Origin: Terriglobales bacterium
Lineage (GTDB): Bacteria > Acidobacteriota > Terriglobia > Terriglobales > SCQP01
NCBI GenBank assembly: GCA_051959955.1
Contig: JBQCEU010000100.1
Location: 1-50,316 of the forward strand
DNA: 50,316 nt
Direction: 5' to 3'
The notes under the pieces are model-generated. The model did no database searches. It was not told where the DNA came from and saw nothing but the letters and a program-made list of their open reading frames with translations. Made by a program: the position numbers and the translations under genes. Positions 27,023 through 36,429 of the stretch are shown piece after piece (position 1 is the first letter of the stretch; every line of letters starts with the position of its first letter).

Positions 27023-28603
27023 CTAGATATTGTGCTCCGGCGTTTTGTTCTCAGGTGATTCCGCGCCCTCGGGCTCGCTGTTGCTGGCCAGCTCCGATCC
27101 CGAAGCCTCGGCGTCGGCATCCTGGCTGCGGGCCTGGGCCGAGTCCGCCGCCGGCTCCAAGCCATCGCGCGCCGGCAATTCGGCTTCATCGGCCAGGGGT
27201 GCGTTCATCACGCCCCGCTCTTGTTCGGCTTCCAGATCCTGTCCGGTCGCTTCCAATTCCCCTTCGGGCGTCGCGGTGAGCTCCGGTCCGGCGGCAGACG
27301 CCTCGCCGGCAGTTTCAGCCGATCCGCCCTCGAGTACGCCAAAGAAACGGTTCACCGCGACAAAGATCTTGGCCACGGCCTTCGGGCCGATGCCGGGGAT
27401 CTCCTGCAACTGCTCGGGCGTCAAGCTGCCCAACTGTTCCACGGTGGCGATGCCGGACTCGCCCAGGCGGGTGGTGATGCGTTCGCTGAGCTCGCTCAAC
27501 TGCGACAATGGCGTCTCGCTGGCCACGCCCTCACCCACCAGCGCCGACATCTGTTCCTCGACCTCGCGGCGCTTCTCCTCTTCGCTTTTGATGTCAATTT
27601 TCCAGCCCAGCAGCTTGGCGGCGAGGCGCACGTTCTGGCCCTTTTTGCCGATGGCGAGGGAGAGCTGGCTGTCGTCCACCACGACTTCCAAATGGCGGCT
27701 TTCGGCATCGAGGATGGTGACGCGGCTGATTTTGGCGGGACTGAGGGCGTTGGCGGCAAACTGCACCGGGTCCTCGCTGTACTCGATGATGTCGATTTTT
27801 TCGCCGCGGAGTTCGCGGATGATGCTCTGCACCCGCATGCCCTTCATGCCCACGCAGGCGCCGACGCAGTCCACATCCTTGTCGCGGGAGAATACCGCGA
27901 TCTTGGTGCGCTCGCCGGCTTCGCGGGCGACGCCCTTGATGACCACCGTGCCGTCGTAGATTTCCGGCACCTCGGCCTCGAACAGCTTCTGGACCAGGGC
28001 CGGATCAGCGCGCGAGACCATCACCTGCGGCCCCTTGGCCGCCTTCTCCACGCCGCGGATGACGACCCGCACCCGTTCGCCGTTGGCGAACGACTCCAGA
28101 CGGGACTGATCGCGGCGTCCCAGCCGGGCCTCGGTGTGGCCCAGGTCCACGATGACGTCGGGGCCTTCGGTGCGCTTGACGGTGACGTTGACCACCTCGC
28201 CCACCCGGCCGATGTACTCGTTGTAGACGGTGTCGCGCTCGGCTTCGCGGACTTTCTGGAAGATGATCTGCTTGGCCATCTGGGCGGCGATGCGGCCCAG
28301 GCCCTCGGTGTCCTTCTTGATGCGCACCTCGCCGCCGACTTCGGCGGCGGGGTCAATGGCGCGGGCCTCGAGGAGGGAGATTTCCAGGGCCGGGTCGGTC
28401 ACCTCCCCGGCCACTTTCTTGACGGCGTACACCGAGATTTCGCCGGTGTCCTTGTTCAGCACCGACTCCAGCTCTTCCTGCGTCTTCAGATGCTTGCGCG
28501 TGGCCGCCAGATAGGCGTCCTCGACGGCGCTCACCACGATGGCCGGGTCAATGCCCTTGTCGCGGCTGATCAGCTCGATTTGTTGTTGCAGTGGACTTGC
28601 CAT
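27023..28603 (-). CDS. nusA: Transcription termination/antitermination factor NusA
   Basis: GRIAAQMAKQ, EVPEIYDG, REAGERTKIAV and AIGKKGQNVRLA; HhH motif and acidic tail. Confidence 0.98.
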   Translation of the reverse strand: MASPLQQQIELISRDKGIDPAIVVSAVEDAYLAATRKHLKTQEELESVLNKDTGEISVYAVKKVAGEVTDPALEISLLEARAIDPAAEVGGEVRIKKDTEGLGRIAAQMAKQIIFQKVREAERDTVYNEYIGRVGEVVNVTVKRTEGPDVIVDLGHTEARLGRRDQSRLESFANGERVRVVIRGVEKAAKGPQVMVSRADPALVQKLFEAEVPEIYDGTVVIKGVAREAGERTKIAVFSRDKDVDCVGACVGMKGMRVQSIIRELRGEKIDIIEYSEDPVQFAANALSPAKISRVTILDAESRHLEVVVDDSQLSLAIGKKGQNVRLAAKLLGWKIDIKSEEEKRREVEEQMSALVGEGVASETPLSQLSELSERITTRLGESGIATVEQLGSLTPEQLQEIPGIGPKAVAKIFVAVNRFFGVLEGGSAETAGEASAAGPELTATPEGELEATGQDLEAEQERGVMNAPLADEAELPARDGLEPAADSAQARSQDADAEASGSELASNSEPEGAESPENKTPEHNI

Positions 28604-28618
28604 AATTTCACCCGCGGG

Positions 28619-29137
28619 TCAGACCCGTTTCCGGGCCCTTCCCGGCTTTCCCGGAGTGGGCCAGAGGGGCGCCAACTGCGCCCGCTCGATGTTGTCGAAA
28701 GCGATGGTCACCATCTCCACAGCGCCCTTCGCCTCCGGCCGCAGCCGGATGCCACCGGCCACGCACCCCTCCAATATTCCCGTCCACGAGCAGCTCTCGG
28801 CCACCGGGGTCCGGGTTTTTAGACGTGCCCGCTGGCCGGCGAAGCGTTCGTAATCCTGGGGCTTGACCAGCGGCCGATCCAGCCCCGGCGACGACACTTC
28901 CAGCGTGAAGGGGCCGGGCAGGGTCGGCTCTCCGGCCGCTTCCCGCTCGTCCAGGGCCGCGCTCAAGGCCCGGCTTGCCCGCTCACAATCGGCCAGCCCC
29001 ACGCCACCGGGCTGATCCACATACACCCGTAACAACTTCTGGCCGCTTTCGCCCTTGAACTCCAGCTTTACGAGCTCAAGGCCGGCCGCAGCCACCACTT
29101 GATCCACCAAGCCTTCGATATGTGGCGAACCTTTCAT
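28619..29137 (-). CDS. rimP: Ribosome maturation factor RimP
   Basis: LRVYVD..DCERASR..LEVSSPGLDRPL. Confidence 0.95.
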   Translation of the reverse strand: MKGSPHIEGLVDQVVAAAGLELVKLEFKGESGQKLLRVYVDQPGGVGLADCERASRALSAALDEREAAGEPTLPGPFTLEVSSPGLDRPLVKPQDYERFAGQRARLKTRTPVAESCSWTGILEGCVAGGIRLRPEAKGAVEMVTIAFDNIERAQLAPLWPTPGKPGRARKRV

Positions 29138-29170
29138 CTTCGCCCTGGCTCCCTGACGGTCAATGCCAAC

Positions 29171-29196
29171 AAAAAAGTGGGCTTGCGCCCACTCTT
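29171..29196 (-). terminator. rimP leader terminator/attenuator hairpin
   Basis: Minus strand AAGAGTGGGC-GCAA-GCCCACTTTTTT lies between a TATCAT -10 box (29224-29229) and the rimP start. Confidence 0.7.
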
Positions 29197-29283
29197 CGGG
29201 TCGGCACCGGACTTTCCTCTCCTATGATACCCCAATGCTCCCCCCGCATTCCAACCCCCCCGCCGCCCCCTATAATTGAGGGC

Positions 29284-30459
29284 ATGCCTTTGGCTGCCCC
29301 GCCTGCCGCCTGCGGTCTATGGCACTCTCAGGGCCGCCGCTACAGCGAGCCCGCGCATCCCTACCGCAGCGACTTCCAGCGCGACCGTGACCGGATTTTT
29401 CACGCCCGAGCCTTCCGGCGGCTGGAAAACAAGACGCAGGTATTCTCCCGCCGGTTCTCCGACCATTTCCGTACCCGGCTCACCCATACGCTGGAGGTGG
29501 CGCAAATTTCCCGCACCGTGGCCGCCGCCTTGGGGCTCAATACCGATCTGGTGGAGACGCTCGCGCTGGCGCACGACCTGGGCCACCCGCCCTTCGGGCA
29601 CACCGGGGAGCAGGCCCTGGATGAACTGATGCGGCCCTGGGGCGAAAGCTTTGACCACAACCTGCAGGCGCTGCGCATCGTCGAGCAATTCGAGGTTCGG
29701 TATGCCAGTTTTCCCGGCCTGAACCTGACCTTTGAGGTGCGCGAAGGGCTGGTGAAGCATTCCCACGACTACACCGCCGCCGAGCATCCGGAATTGGCCG
29801 AGTACCTGCTCGAACTGCGGCCGCCGCTGGAGGCGCAATTAATTGACCTCACCGACGAAATTGCCTACTCGACCGCCGACTTGGACGACGGCAGCGAAGC
29901 CGGCCTGCTGACCCAGCCGCAGATTGCGCAAGTTCCGGTCGTGGGGCGGCTGTTGGAGGTGGTGGACCGCCAGTACGGCGCTCTGCCGCCCAAACTCCGC
30001 TTCAACGAGATGCTGCGCCGGCTACTCGACCACTTCGCCACCGATCTGATCCAAAACCTGGCACCGCAGCTTGGGCAATTCGACTCGGTGGAGGCCATCC
30101 GCAGGCATCCGGTGCGGCTCGCGGCTTTCTCGACGGCGGTTGAGAGGGAGCGTCAGGAACTCAAGCGCTTCCTCTACGAGAACATGTACCACCATGCCCA
30201 GTTGGCGGAAGAGCACGAGCAGGCGGCGGCGACGGTGCGGCGGGTATTCGAGCATTTTCTGGCGCACCCGGAGAAGCTGCCGATGACCTATCGCCAGGCG
30301 GCCGGCGAGGGCCGGGCGGCGCGGGTGATCGGCGACTATCTGGCGGGCATGACCGACAGCTACATCCGGCGGCTGGACACGCGGCGGCTGGGCGGTGGGC
30401 CGTATACTGATAACCGGACATGGCCGACACCAATTCCCAGCACGACGAACCAGTCCTGA
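29284..30459 (+). CDS. dgt: Deoxyguanosinetriphosphate triphosphohydrolase (HD family)
   Basis: FQRDRDRI..FRRLENKTQVF, RTRLTHTLEV, AHDLGHPPFGH and DYLAGMTD; ATG 29284 follows TATAAT. Confidence 0.93.
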   Translation: MPLAAPPAACGLWHSQGRRYSEPAHPYRSDFQRDRDRIFHARAFRRLENKTQVFSRRFSDHFRTRLTHTLEVAQISRTVAAALGLNTDLVETLALAHDLGHPPFGHTGEQALDELMRPWGESFDHNLQALRIVEQFEVRYASFPGLNLTFEVREGLVKHSHDYTAAEHPELAEYLLELRPPLEAQLIDLTDEIAYSTADLDDGSEAGLLTQPQIAQVPVVGRLLEVVDRQYGALPPKLRFNEMLRRLLDHFATDLIQNLAPQLGQFDSVEAIRRHPVRLAAFSTAVERERQELKRFLYENMYHHAQLAEEHEQAAATVRRVFEHFLAHPEKLPMTYRQAAGEGRAARVIGDYLAGMTDSYIRRLDTRRLGGGPYTDNRTWPTPIPSTTNQS

Positions 30460-30941
30460 AAGTGAGCGACCGCCGTCACTGTACCGAAAGCGGCGAGCGG
30501 CGTTCGGAGGTGGATCAGCAGGAGTTCGAAGAGCGTCCCACGCCGCCGCCCCCGCCTCCAGCGGCGGCGGCGGCGGCGAAGCCCAAGCCGGCCGAGCCGG
30601 CGGCGGGCGGGGCCAAGGCGCCGCCGCCGCGTCCGGAGCGTCTGGCGGCGCGCGACATCACCTTCGCAGGCCTGCTCCAGGATCTCTACGCCACCGCCAT
30701 GATGCAGATGGGGGCGGAGTTGCAGCCCGGCCAACCCGGGCAGGTGGATATCGAGGGTGCACGGGAGACCATCGATCTGCTGGGGATGCTGCAGCAAAAA
30801 ACCCACGGCAACCGCGAGGCGCAGGAGGAACAGCTCATGAGCGCCGTGCTCTACGATCTGCGCCTTGCCTATGTCGAGCTGATGCGCGCCGCGACGCGGA
30901 TGCCGCCCCTGCCGCCGCCGCCGGGCGGCCGCAAACGCTGA
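30420..30941 (+). CDS. DUF1844 domain protein
   Basis: KVSDRR N-terminus and ARETIDLLGMLQQKTHGN..LYDLRLAYV. Confidence 0.85.
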   Translation: MADTNSQHDEPVLKVSDRRHCTESGERRSEVDQQEFEERPTPPPPPPAAAAAAKPKPAEPAAGGAKAPPPRPERLAARDITFAGLLQDLYATAMMQMGAELQPGQPGQVDIEGARETIDLLGMLQQKTHGNREAQEEQLMSAVLYDLRLAYVELMRAATRMPPLPPPPGGRKR

Positions 30942-30960
30942 TCCCTGAGCTCCTGATCCA

Positions 30961-31731
30961 GTGAAAGGCACCCTCACCGTCCTCGGCTCCGGCACCTCGA
31001 CCGGTGTGCCCACCCTGGGCTGCGGCTGCGAAGTCTGCCAGTCGCGCGATCCGCGGGACCATCGGCTGCGGCCCAGCATCTGGCTCAGCTTTGGGGGGCA
31101 CAACGTGGTGTTTGACACCACGCCGGACTTCCGCACGCAGGCGCTGCGCGCCGGCATTCCCGCCCTCGATGCCGTCTTTTTTACCCACAGCCACGCCGAC
31201 CACATCATGGGCATGGACGACATCCGGCCCTTCAATTTCGGCCGTCCCGAGCCGTTGCCCATCTTCGGCAATGCCGCGACGCTGGCCGACCTCCGCCGGG
31301 TGTTTCAGTATGTGTTTCAAGCCAGCTACACGGCCAGCTCCATTCCGCGGGTGGATGCGCGGGAGATCACCGGGCCGGTGGAGATGTTGGGGGCGCATTT
31401 TGAGCCGATCGAAGTGCTGCACGGTTCGCTGCCCATTCTGGGCTACCGCTTCGGCGCGAACGCCTACCTTACCGACGTGAGTGAGGTTCCGGCCGCCAGC
31501 CAGGAGCGCCTGGGCGGATTGGACGTGCTCATTGTGGACGCGCTCCGCCTCCGTCCGCACCCCACCCACTTTCATCTGGCGCAATCGCTGCAACTGGTGG
31601 AAGCATTGCGGCCGCGGCGGACCTTTTTGACCCACATCGCGCATGAGATGGCCCACGCCGCGACGGAAGAACAGCTTCCCGCCGGCGTCCATCTGGCTTA
31701 CGACGGCCTGCGGCTGGAGGTTGAGCTCTAG
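30961..31731 (+). CDS. Metallo-beta-lactamase-fold hydrolase (PhnP-like)
   Basis: LGSGTSTGVP..CEVC, THSHADH, AYLTD and LTHIAH motifs. Confidence 0.9.
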   Translation: MKGTLTVLGSGTSTGVPTLGCGCEVCQSRDPRDHRLRPSIWLSFGGHNVVFDTTPDFRTQALRAGIPALDAVFFTHSHADHIMGMDDIRPFNFGRPEPLPIFGNAATLADLRRVFQYVFQASYTASSIPRVDAREITGPVEMLGAHFEPIEVLHGSLPILGYRFGANAYLTDVSEVPAASQERLGGLDVLIVDALRLRPHPTHFHLAQSLQLVEALRPRRTFLTHIAHEMAHAATEEQLPAGVHLAYDGLRLEVEL

Positions 31732-32681
31732 TGCGCATCCTGCAGCAGCTTCCTGCGGCGGGCACGCTGGCCAGCGTGGCTACGGTGGGCAACTTCGACG
31801 GGGTGCACCGGGGGCATCAAGAACTCCTGAGCGCCGCCGCGGCCGACGCCCAACGGCGCGGACTGCCCTCCATGGCGGTGACGTTCGCACCGCATCCGGC
31901 GCGGATTCTTCGCCCGGAGGCCGCCCCGCGGCTGATCACCCCCGACAGCAGCAAGGCCGAGCTCATTGCCGCCTGCGGGGTGGATGTGCTGCTGGAACTG
32001 CCCTTTCATCGCGAGCTCTCGCTACTCACCCCGCATGAGTTTGTGCAACAGATTCTGGTGGCCGGGGTGGGGGCACAGGCGGTGCACGAAGGCGAGGATT
32101 TTCGCTTCGGCCACCGCCAGGAGGGGACGGTGGCCACCCTGCGTGCGCTGGGCGCGGAATTGGGCTTCGCCGTGACCATTCACCCGGCGGTGAGGGTGGG
32201 CGGCGAGGTGGTGTCGAGCTCGCGGGTGCGGGCGGTGATCGCCGCCGGCGAGGTGGCGCAGGCCAGGGAACTGCTGGGGCGCAGCTTCGCGGTGCGCGGC
32301 CTGGTCGCGCCGGGCCGCGGCATTGGCCGGCAGCGCACTGTCCCGACCCTCAACCTGCATCACTATGAAGAGCTATTGCCGGGCAACGGGGTCTACTTCA
32401 CGCAGGTGTCGGTGGCGGGTGGGGCGGCGCAGCCGGCGCTGACCAACGTCGGGGTGCGCCCCACTTTCGGCGAAGGCGGGCCATTGAGCGTAGAGTCGCA
32501 CCTGCTGCGCCCGCCGGCCGGCGGCATCCCCGCCCACTGGGGCGACACGCTGGCGATCGTCTTTCTCGACCGGCTGCGCGACGAGCAACGTTTCGCATCG
32601 CCGGAGGCCCTCAAGGCTCAAATCCTGTCGGATGTGGCTGCGGCAGAATCATTCTTCAATCTTCCGCCTGGTCACTGCTAG
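31731..32681 (+). CDS. ribF: Bifunctional riboflavin kinase/FAD synthetase
   Basis: GNFDGVHRGH, DFRFG, VSSSRVR, PTLN, NVGVRPTF and ESH motifs. Confidence 0.95.
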   Translation: MRILQQLPAAGTLASVATVGNFDGVHRGHQELLSAAAADAQRRGLPSMAVTFAPHPARILRPEAAPRLITPDSSKAELIAACGVDVLLELPFHRELSLLTPHEFVQQILVAGVGAQAVHEGEDFRFGHRQEGTVATLRALGAELGFAVTIHPAVRVGGEVVSSSRVRAVIAAGEVAQARELLGRSFAVRGLVAPGRGIGRQRTVPTLNLHHYEELLPGNGVYFTQVSVAGGAAQPALTNVGVRPTFGEGGPLSVESHLLRPPAGGIPAHWGDTLAIVFLDRLRDEQRFASPEALKAQILSDVAAAESFFNLPPGHC

Positions 32682-32723
32682 CATGATGGAAGAGAGCGGA
32701 TCTCTCACCCAAGGAGCCTTGCC

Positions 32724-33263
32724 ATGAAGATTAACCGCATAGTTCTGGCCGCCTGCGCCCTCGCCGCCTGCTCCGCCCTGGCCGGGGCGCAAGCCGCCAA
32801 CCCGGTTGCCACCGCGCTGCGCAACTCGCTCAAGAGCGCCACCAACAAGATGGTGGCCGCCGCGAAGGAGATGCCGGCCGACAAGTACAGCTTCAAGCCC
32901 ACGCCGGAGTCCATGAGCTTCGGCCAGTTGGTGTTGCACGTCGCCAACTCCAACCAGAGCATGTGCCAGTGGGTGAGCGGCGCCGCCCCGGCCATCAAGA
33001 CGACGCTGACGCCCACCTCCCCCAAGGACGAGCTGGTCGCCTTCCTGCAGAAGTCGTTTGACTATTGCCAGCAATCGCTCGCCTCACTCAGCGACGCGGA
33101 TCTGGGCAAGGAAGTGTCCTCGTTTGGCGGGCGCAAGGTGAGCCAGGCGCAGCTCATCCTCTCGCTCTCCGACGATTGGGCCGATCACTACAGCCAGCAG
33201 GCCGCGTATCTGCGCCTGAACAAGCTGCTGCCGCCGACGGCGCGGCCGCGCCGCGGGCGGTAG
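32724..33263 (+). CDS. Exported DinB-family protein
   Basis: Signal peptide; MPADKYSFKPTPESMSFGQLVLHVA..DHYSQQAAYLRL; AAGGAG RBS. Confidence 0.85.
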   Translation: MKINRIVLAACALAACSALAGAQAANPVATALRNSLKSATNKMVAAAKEMPADKYSFKPTPESMSFGQLVLHVANSNQSMCQWVSGAAPAIKTTLTPTSPKDELVAFLQKSFDYCQQSLASLSDADLGKEVSSFGGRKVSQAQLILSLSDDWADHYSQQAAYLRLNKLLPPTARPRRGR

Positions 33264-33279
33264 AAAAAGCCGCCGGGAG

Positions 33280-34293
33280 CTAGCGTTCGGCGCGCAGGGC
33301 GCGGCCCATGAGCTCGGCCACGGCTTGTCGGGGAGCGAGATGCTCGAACAGGACGCGGTGCATCTGGCGGAGGATGGGCATTTCGACGCCCCAGCGGGCG
33401 GCCAACTGGGTGGCGGCGGCGGCGGTGCGGACGCCTTCGGCCACCATGGGCGTCGCCGCCTGAGCTTCGGCCAGGGATTGGCCCGTGCCCAGGGCGATGC
33501 CCAGGGCGCGGTTGCGGCTCAATTCGCCGGTGCAGGTCAGCACCAGATCGCCCAGTCCGGCGAGGCCGGCGAGGGTCTCTTCGGCGCCGCCCATGGCCCG
33601 CGCCAGGCGGCCCATCTCGGCCAGTCCGCGGGCGATCAGCGCCGCGCGGGTGTTCGATCCCAGCCCCAGGCCCTGACAGATGCCGGCGGCAATCGCAATG
33701 ACGTTCTTGAGCGAGGCCGCCAGTTCCACACCGACGAGGTCGGTGGAGGTGTAAATCCTCAGGGTGGGTGAAGAGAGCCGTTGTTGCAGCGAGGCGGCGA
33801 GCGCGGCGGAGGCCGCCGCCAGCACCACCGCCGTGGGGTCGCCTGCCGCCACCTCGCGCGCAAAGGTCGGGCCGCTCAAGGTGGCCAGCCGCGGCGCCCA
33901 GTCCGTGCCCAGCACCTCGAGGGCTACCTCCGACACACGCAGGCAGGTGTGCTCCTCCAATCCCTTGGTGGCCAGCACCACCTCGGCGGCCGGGCCGAGA
34001 AGCGGCCGCAGTCCGGTGAGCACCCGGCGCAGGGCATGGGAGGGGACGGCGATCACCACCAGCGGCGCGGCGGCGACCTGCAACTCGTGGCTGGGAGAGA
34101 TGTTCTCCGCTAGCGCAAACCCGCGCAAGAACACGTCGTTTTCGCGTTCGGCGGCCATGCGTTCAGCCAGCTCGCGCTCATAGACCCACAGCCCGACTTC
34201 GTATCCCTGACGATTGAACTCAATCGCCAGCGCCGTGCCCCAGCTTCCGGCGCCCACCACCGACAGATGTTTCCGACCCGCGGCCGGCATCAT
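33280..34293 (-). CDS. gpsA: NAD(P)H-dependent glycerol-3-phosphate dehydrogenase
   Basis: GAGSWGTALA, SGPTFA, LKNVIAIAAG and GLGDLVLTCTGELSRN; start ATG 34293. Confidence 0.95.
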   Translation of the reverse strand: MMPAAGRKHLSVVGAGSWGTALAIEFNRQGYEVGLWVYERELAERMAAERENDVFLRGFALAENISPSHELQVAAAPLVVIAVPSHALRRVLTGLRPLLGPAAEVVLATKGLEEHTCLRVSEVALEVLGTDWAPRLATLSGPTFAREVAAGDPTAVVLAAASAALAASLQQRLSSPTLRIYTSTDLVGVELAASLKNVIAIAAGICQGLGLGSNTRAALIARGLAEMGRLARAMGGAEETLAGLAGLGDLVLTCTGELSRNRALGIALGTGQSLAEAQAATPMVAEGVRTAAAATQLAARWGVEMPILRQMHRVLFEHLAPRQAVAELMGRALRAER

Positions 34294-34898
34294 GCGGCCC
34301 GCTCCACGCGCGCTCCAAACTTGTGTTCGGTGCCGCGGCGGAGGCGCTGCATGTTGCCGCGGTGACGCCAGAGAATCAGCGCCGCCGCCAGGCCCGCCGC
34401 AGCCAGTTCCGGGGCGGTCACGTGGCCGCTCAGCGGTGTGAGCAGCAGCGGCAGGGCAATGGTGGCGCAGATGGAGGCGAGCGAAACATAGCGCCAGATG
34501 GCGAGGACAATCAGAAAGACGACGAGCGCGCCCGCCAGCGCCCACGGCGCCCACGCCAGAAAGGCACCCAGCGCCGTGGCCACGCCTTTGCCGCCCTGGA
34601 ACCGGAGCCACGGGGTGTACATGTGCCCCAGAATCACCGCCAGCAGCATGGCGGCCAGAAGCAGGGAATGGCCGGGGGCAAAGTGCAGCCCCAGCCACAG
34701 CGCCACCCAGCCCTTGGCGGCATCCAAAACCAGCGTCAAGATGCCCAGCTTCCTGCCGCCGGTGCGCAGAACATTGGTGGCGCCGATGTTCCCGCTGCCG
34801 GCGCGGCGAATGTCCCCGCCGTTGTGAAGGCGGAAGAGGAGGAACCCAAAGGGAATGCTCCCCAGCAAGAAAGCGACGATGACGAGAGACCACTCCAT
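34290..34898 (-). CDS. plsY: Glycerol-3-phosphate acyltransferase
   Basis: LGSIPFG, GSGNIGATNVLR, GGKGVAT and RHRGNMQRL motifs; start ATG 34898. Confidence 0.95.
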   Translation of the reverse strand: MEWSLVIVAFLLGSIPFGFLLFRLHNGGDIRRAGSGNIGATNVLRTGGRKLGILTLVLDAAKGWVALWLGLHFAPGHSLLLAAMLLAVILGHMYTPWLRFQGGKGVATALGAFLAWAPWALAGALVVFLIVLAIWRYVSLASICATIALPLLLTPLSGHVTAPELAAAGLAAALILWRHRGNMQRLRRGTEHKFGARVERAA

Positions 34899-34932
34899 CC
34901 CGCAGTCATTGTACAAAAGCCAGGGCTGGCCT

Positions 34933-35196
34933 TCAGGGTCCGGCTTGGGCCGAGATGCCGGGATGCCTTCCGCGGTTTCGATAGGCGCGCATCTCGGCCG
35001 TCCAGCGCAGGAAGCGGCGCAGCTCGCTCCGTTGCCGCCAGCAAAAGCGCAGGAACAAGCCCAGGGTAATGTCCTCCGCCGGAACGCCGGAGAAGGTTTC
35101 GATCCGCCAGCGCACGAGCGGGCTGCGCCAGGGGCGCCAATGGTGGCCGCGGGTGGAGGACCAGGCGAAGCGCAGCGGCTGCAGAAAAGCGGGCAT
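34933..35196 (-). CDS. Small Trp/Arg-rich hypothetical protein (87 aa)
   Basis: MPAFLQPLRFAWSSTRGHHWRPWRSPLVRWRIETFSG...; the ATG overlaps the tonB stop (TGATG); hidden at the end of a spurious 899-aa ORF. Confidence 0.7.
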   Translation of the reverse strand: MPAFLQPLRFAWSSTRGHHWRPWRSPLVRWRIETFSGVPAEDITLGLFLRFCWRQRSELRRFLRWTAEMRAYRNRGRHPGISAQAGP

Positions 35197-36287
35197 CAGT
35201 TTTGCCCGGGCGGGGTCAAGTTGTAATAGAAGGAAAATTGCAGCGTGATCAAGGGGCCGTGAAAGGCGGGCGGCAAGGGGGGGAAGGGATTGGAAGCGCT
35301 GATGGAAGCCTGGGCGGCTTGATCGAGCGCCGCCTGACCGGACAGGGAGGTCGGGCGAATGCCGGGGGGCTGGGGGATGCTGCCGTTGCTGGCGATGTTG
35401 AAGACCACCACCACCCGGCCCTGGGCTCCCAGGTAGACGGCTTCGGGCATGACGGCGTACCAGTTGCGCCGCACGATCTCGATGATGCGCTGCAGGTAGG
35501 AGGAAAAATCCACGCCTTGGGTGTCGGTGAGGATCTCGACGCCCGCTCCCGTCTCCCCCGGTGATGAACTGCCACCACCTGCCGGGGGCCGGGGCAGGGG
35601 AGTGACCTGGGTCATGCTGCGTTGTCCCCGGGCCCCGTCGCGCGCCGCGCCTTCGATAGCGCGCTGCAGGGCGGTCGCCGGGCTGATGTTCAACTTCAAC
35701 TGGGGGTTGGGGATCGGCTTCGGTACATCTTCCAATTTCAAGCCGGGAGGCTCGGCTTTGGGCTGTTCTTTGGGCGCGGCGGTGGGCGGTGCGGCGGCGG
35801 GTTGGGGCGGCGGAGCGGCTACTGGCGGCTGTTTGGTTACCGGCCCGGGCGGCGGGGTTGCGGGGACGGGCTTGGGGGCCAGGCGCGGAGCGGGCGTGCT
35901 CAAGGAATCGCGGATCTTGTCCTGCCGATCGAAGTGCCGGTTCTGGTCGCTCAGCGCTTTGGGGTTGACCGGCGGTTTGGGCTTTACCAGGTCTTTGGGC
36001 AATTCCAGGAAAGTCAGTTGTGGCTGTTGTTCGAGATCTTGCTGTGGCGAAGGCAAGCGCACCACCACCGGCCCGAACAGCTTGGGGCTTAGCAAAAGCA
36101 AAATGATGACCGCCAGGTGGCCAATCACCGACCAGAAGGCCGCCGCTTGCCGCCGTCGCTTGCGCCGCTCTTCGCCCAGCTCCAACAGCAGCGATTCGAC
36201 ATGGAATTCGGCCCCCCGTAACAGCGGGGGCGGCGGCGGCAGCTTGTCTTCGTCTTCCTGGTCCGCCAGTAGTCGAATCAGGGGCAT
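35196..36287 (-). CDS. TonB-family protein (TM, Pro-rich spacer, TonB/TolA C-terminal domain)
   Basis: TM with the SVIGH (SxxxH) motif; Pro-rich middle; C-terminal YLQRI..RRNW..GRVVVVFNI..SG..ALDQAA..PFPPLP. Confidence 0.85.
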   Translation of the reverse strand: MPLIRLLADQEDEDKLPPPPPLLRGAEFHVESLLLELGEERRKRRRQAAAFWSVIGHLAVIILLLLSPKLFGPVVVRLPSPQQDLEQQPQLTFLELPKDLVKPKPPVNPKALSDQNRHFDRQDKIRDSLSTPAPRLAPKPVPATPPPGPVTKQPPVAAPPPQPAAAPPTAAPKEQPKAEPPGLKLEDVPKPIPNPQLKLNISPATALQRAIEGAARDGARGQRSMTQVTPLPRPPAGGGSSSPGETGAGVEILTDTQGVDFSSYLQRIIEIVRRNWYAVMPEAVYLGAQGRVVVVFNIASNGSIPQPPGIRPTSLSGQAALDQAAQASISASNPFPPLPPAFHGPLITLQFSFYYNLTPPGQN

Positions 36288-36429
36288 TGCGGTGCCTTAA
36301 TCTTAGCGCGACCACGTCCATGACGGCGGGCACAGCCGGGCGCGACAGGATGACGGCCGAGCGGGCCGGCAGGCGGGAGTCGCCGGCGAAGGCAATCGCG
36401 CCCGGGTCAAGGCACAATAGCCAAAGCAG

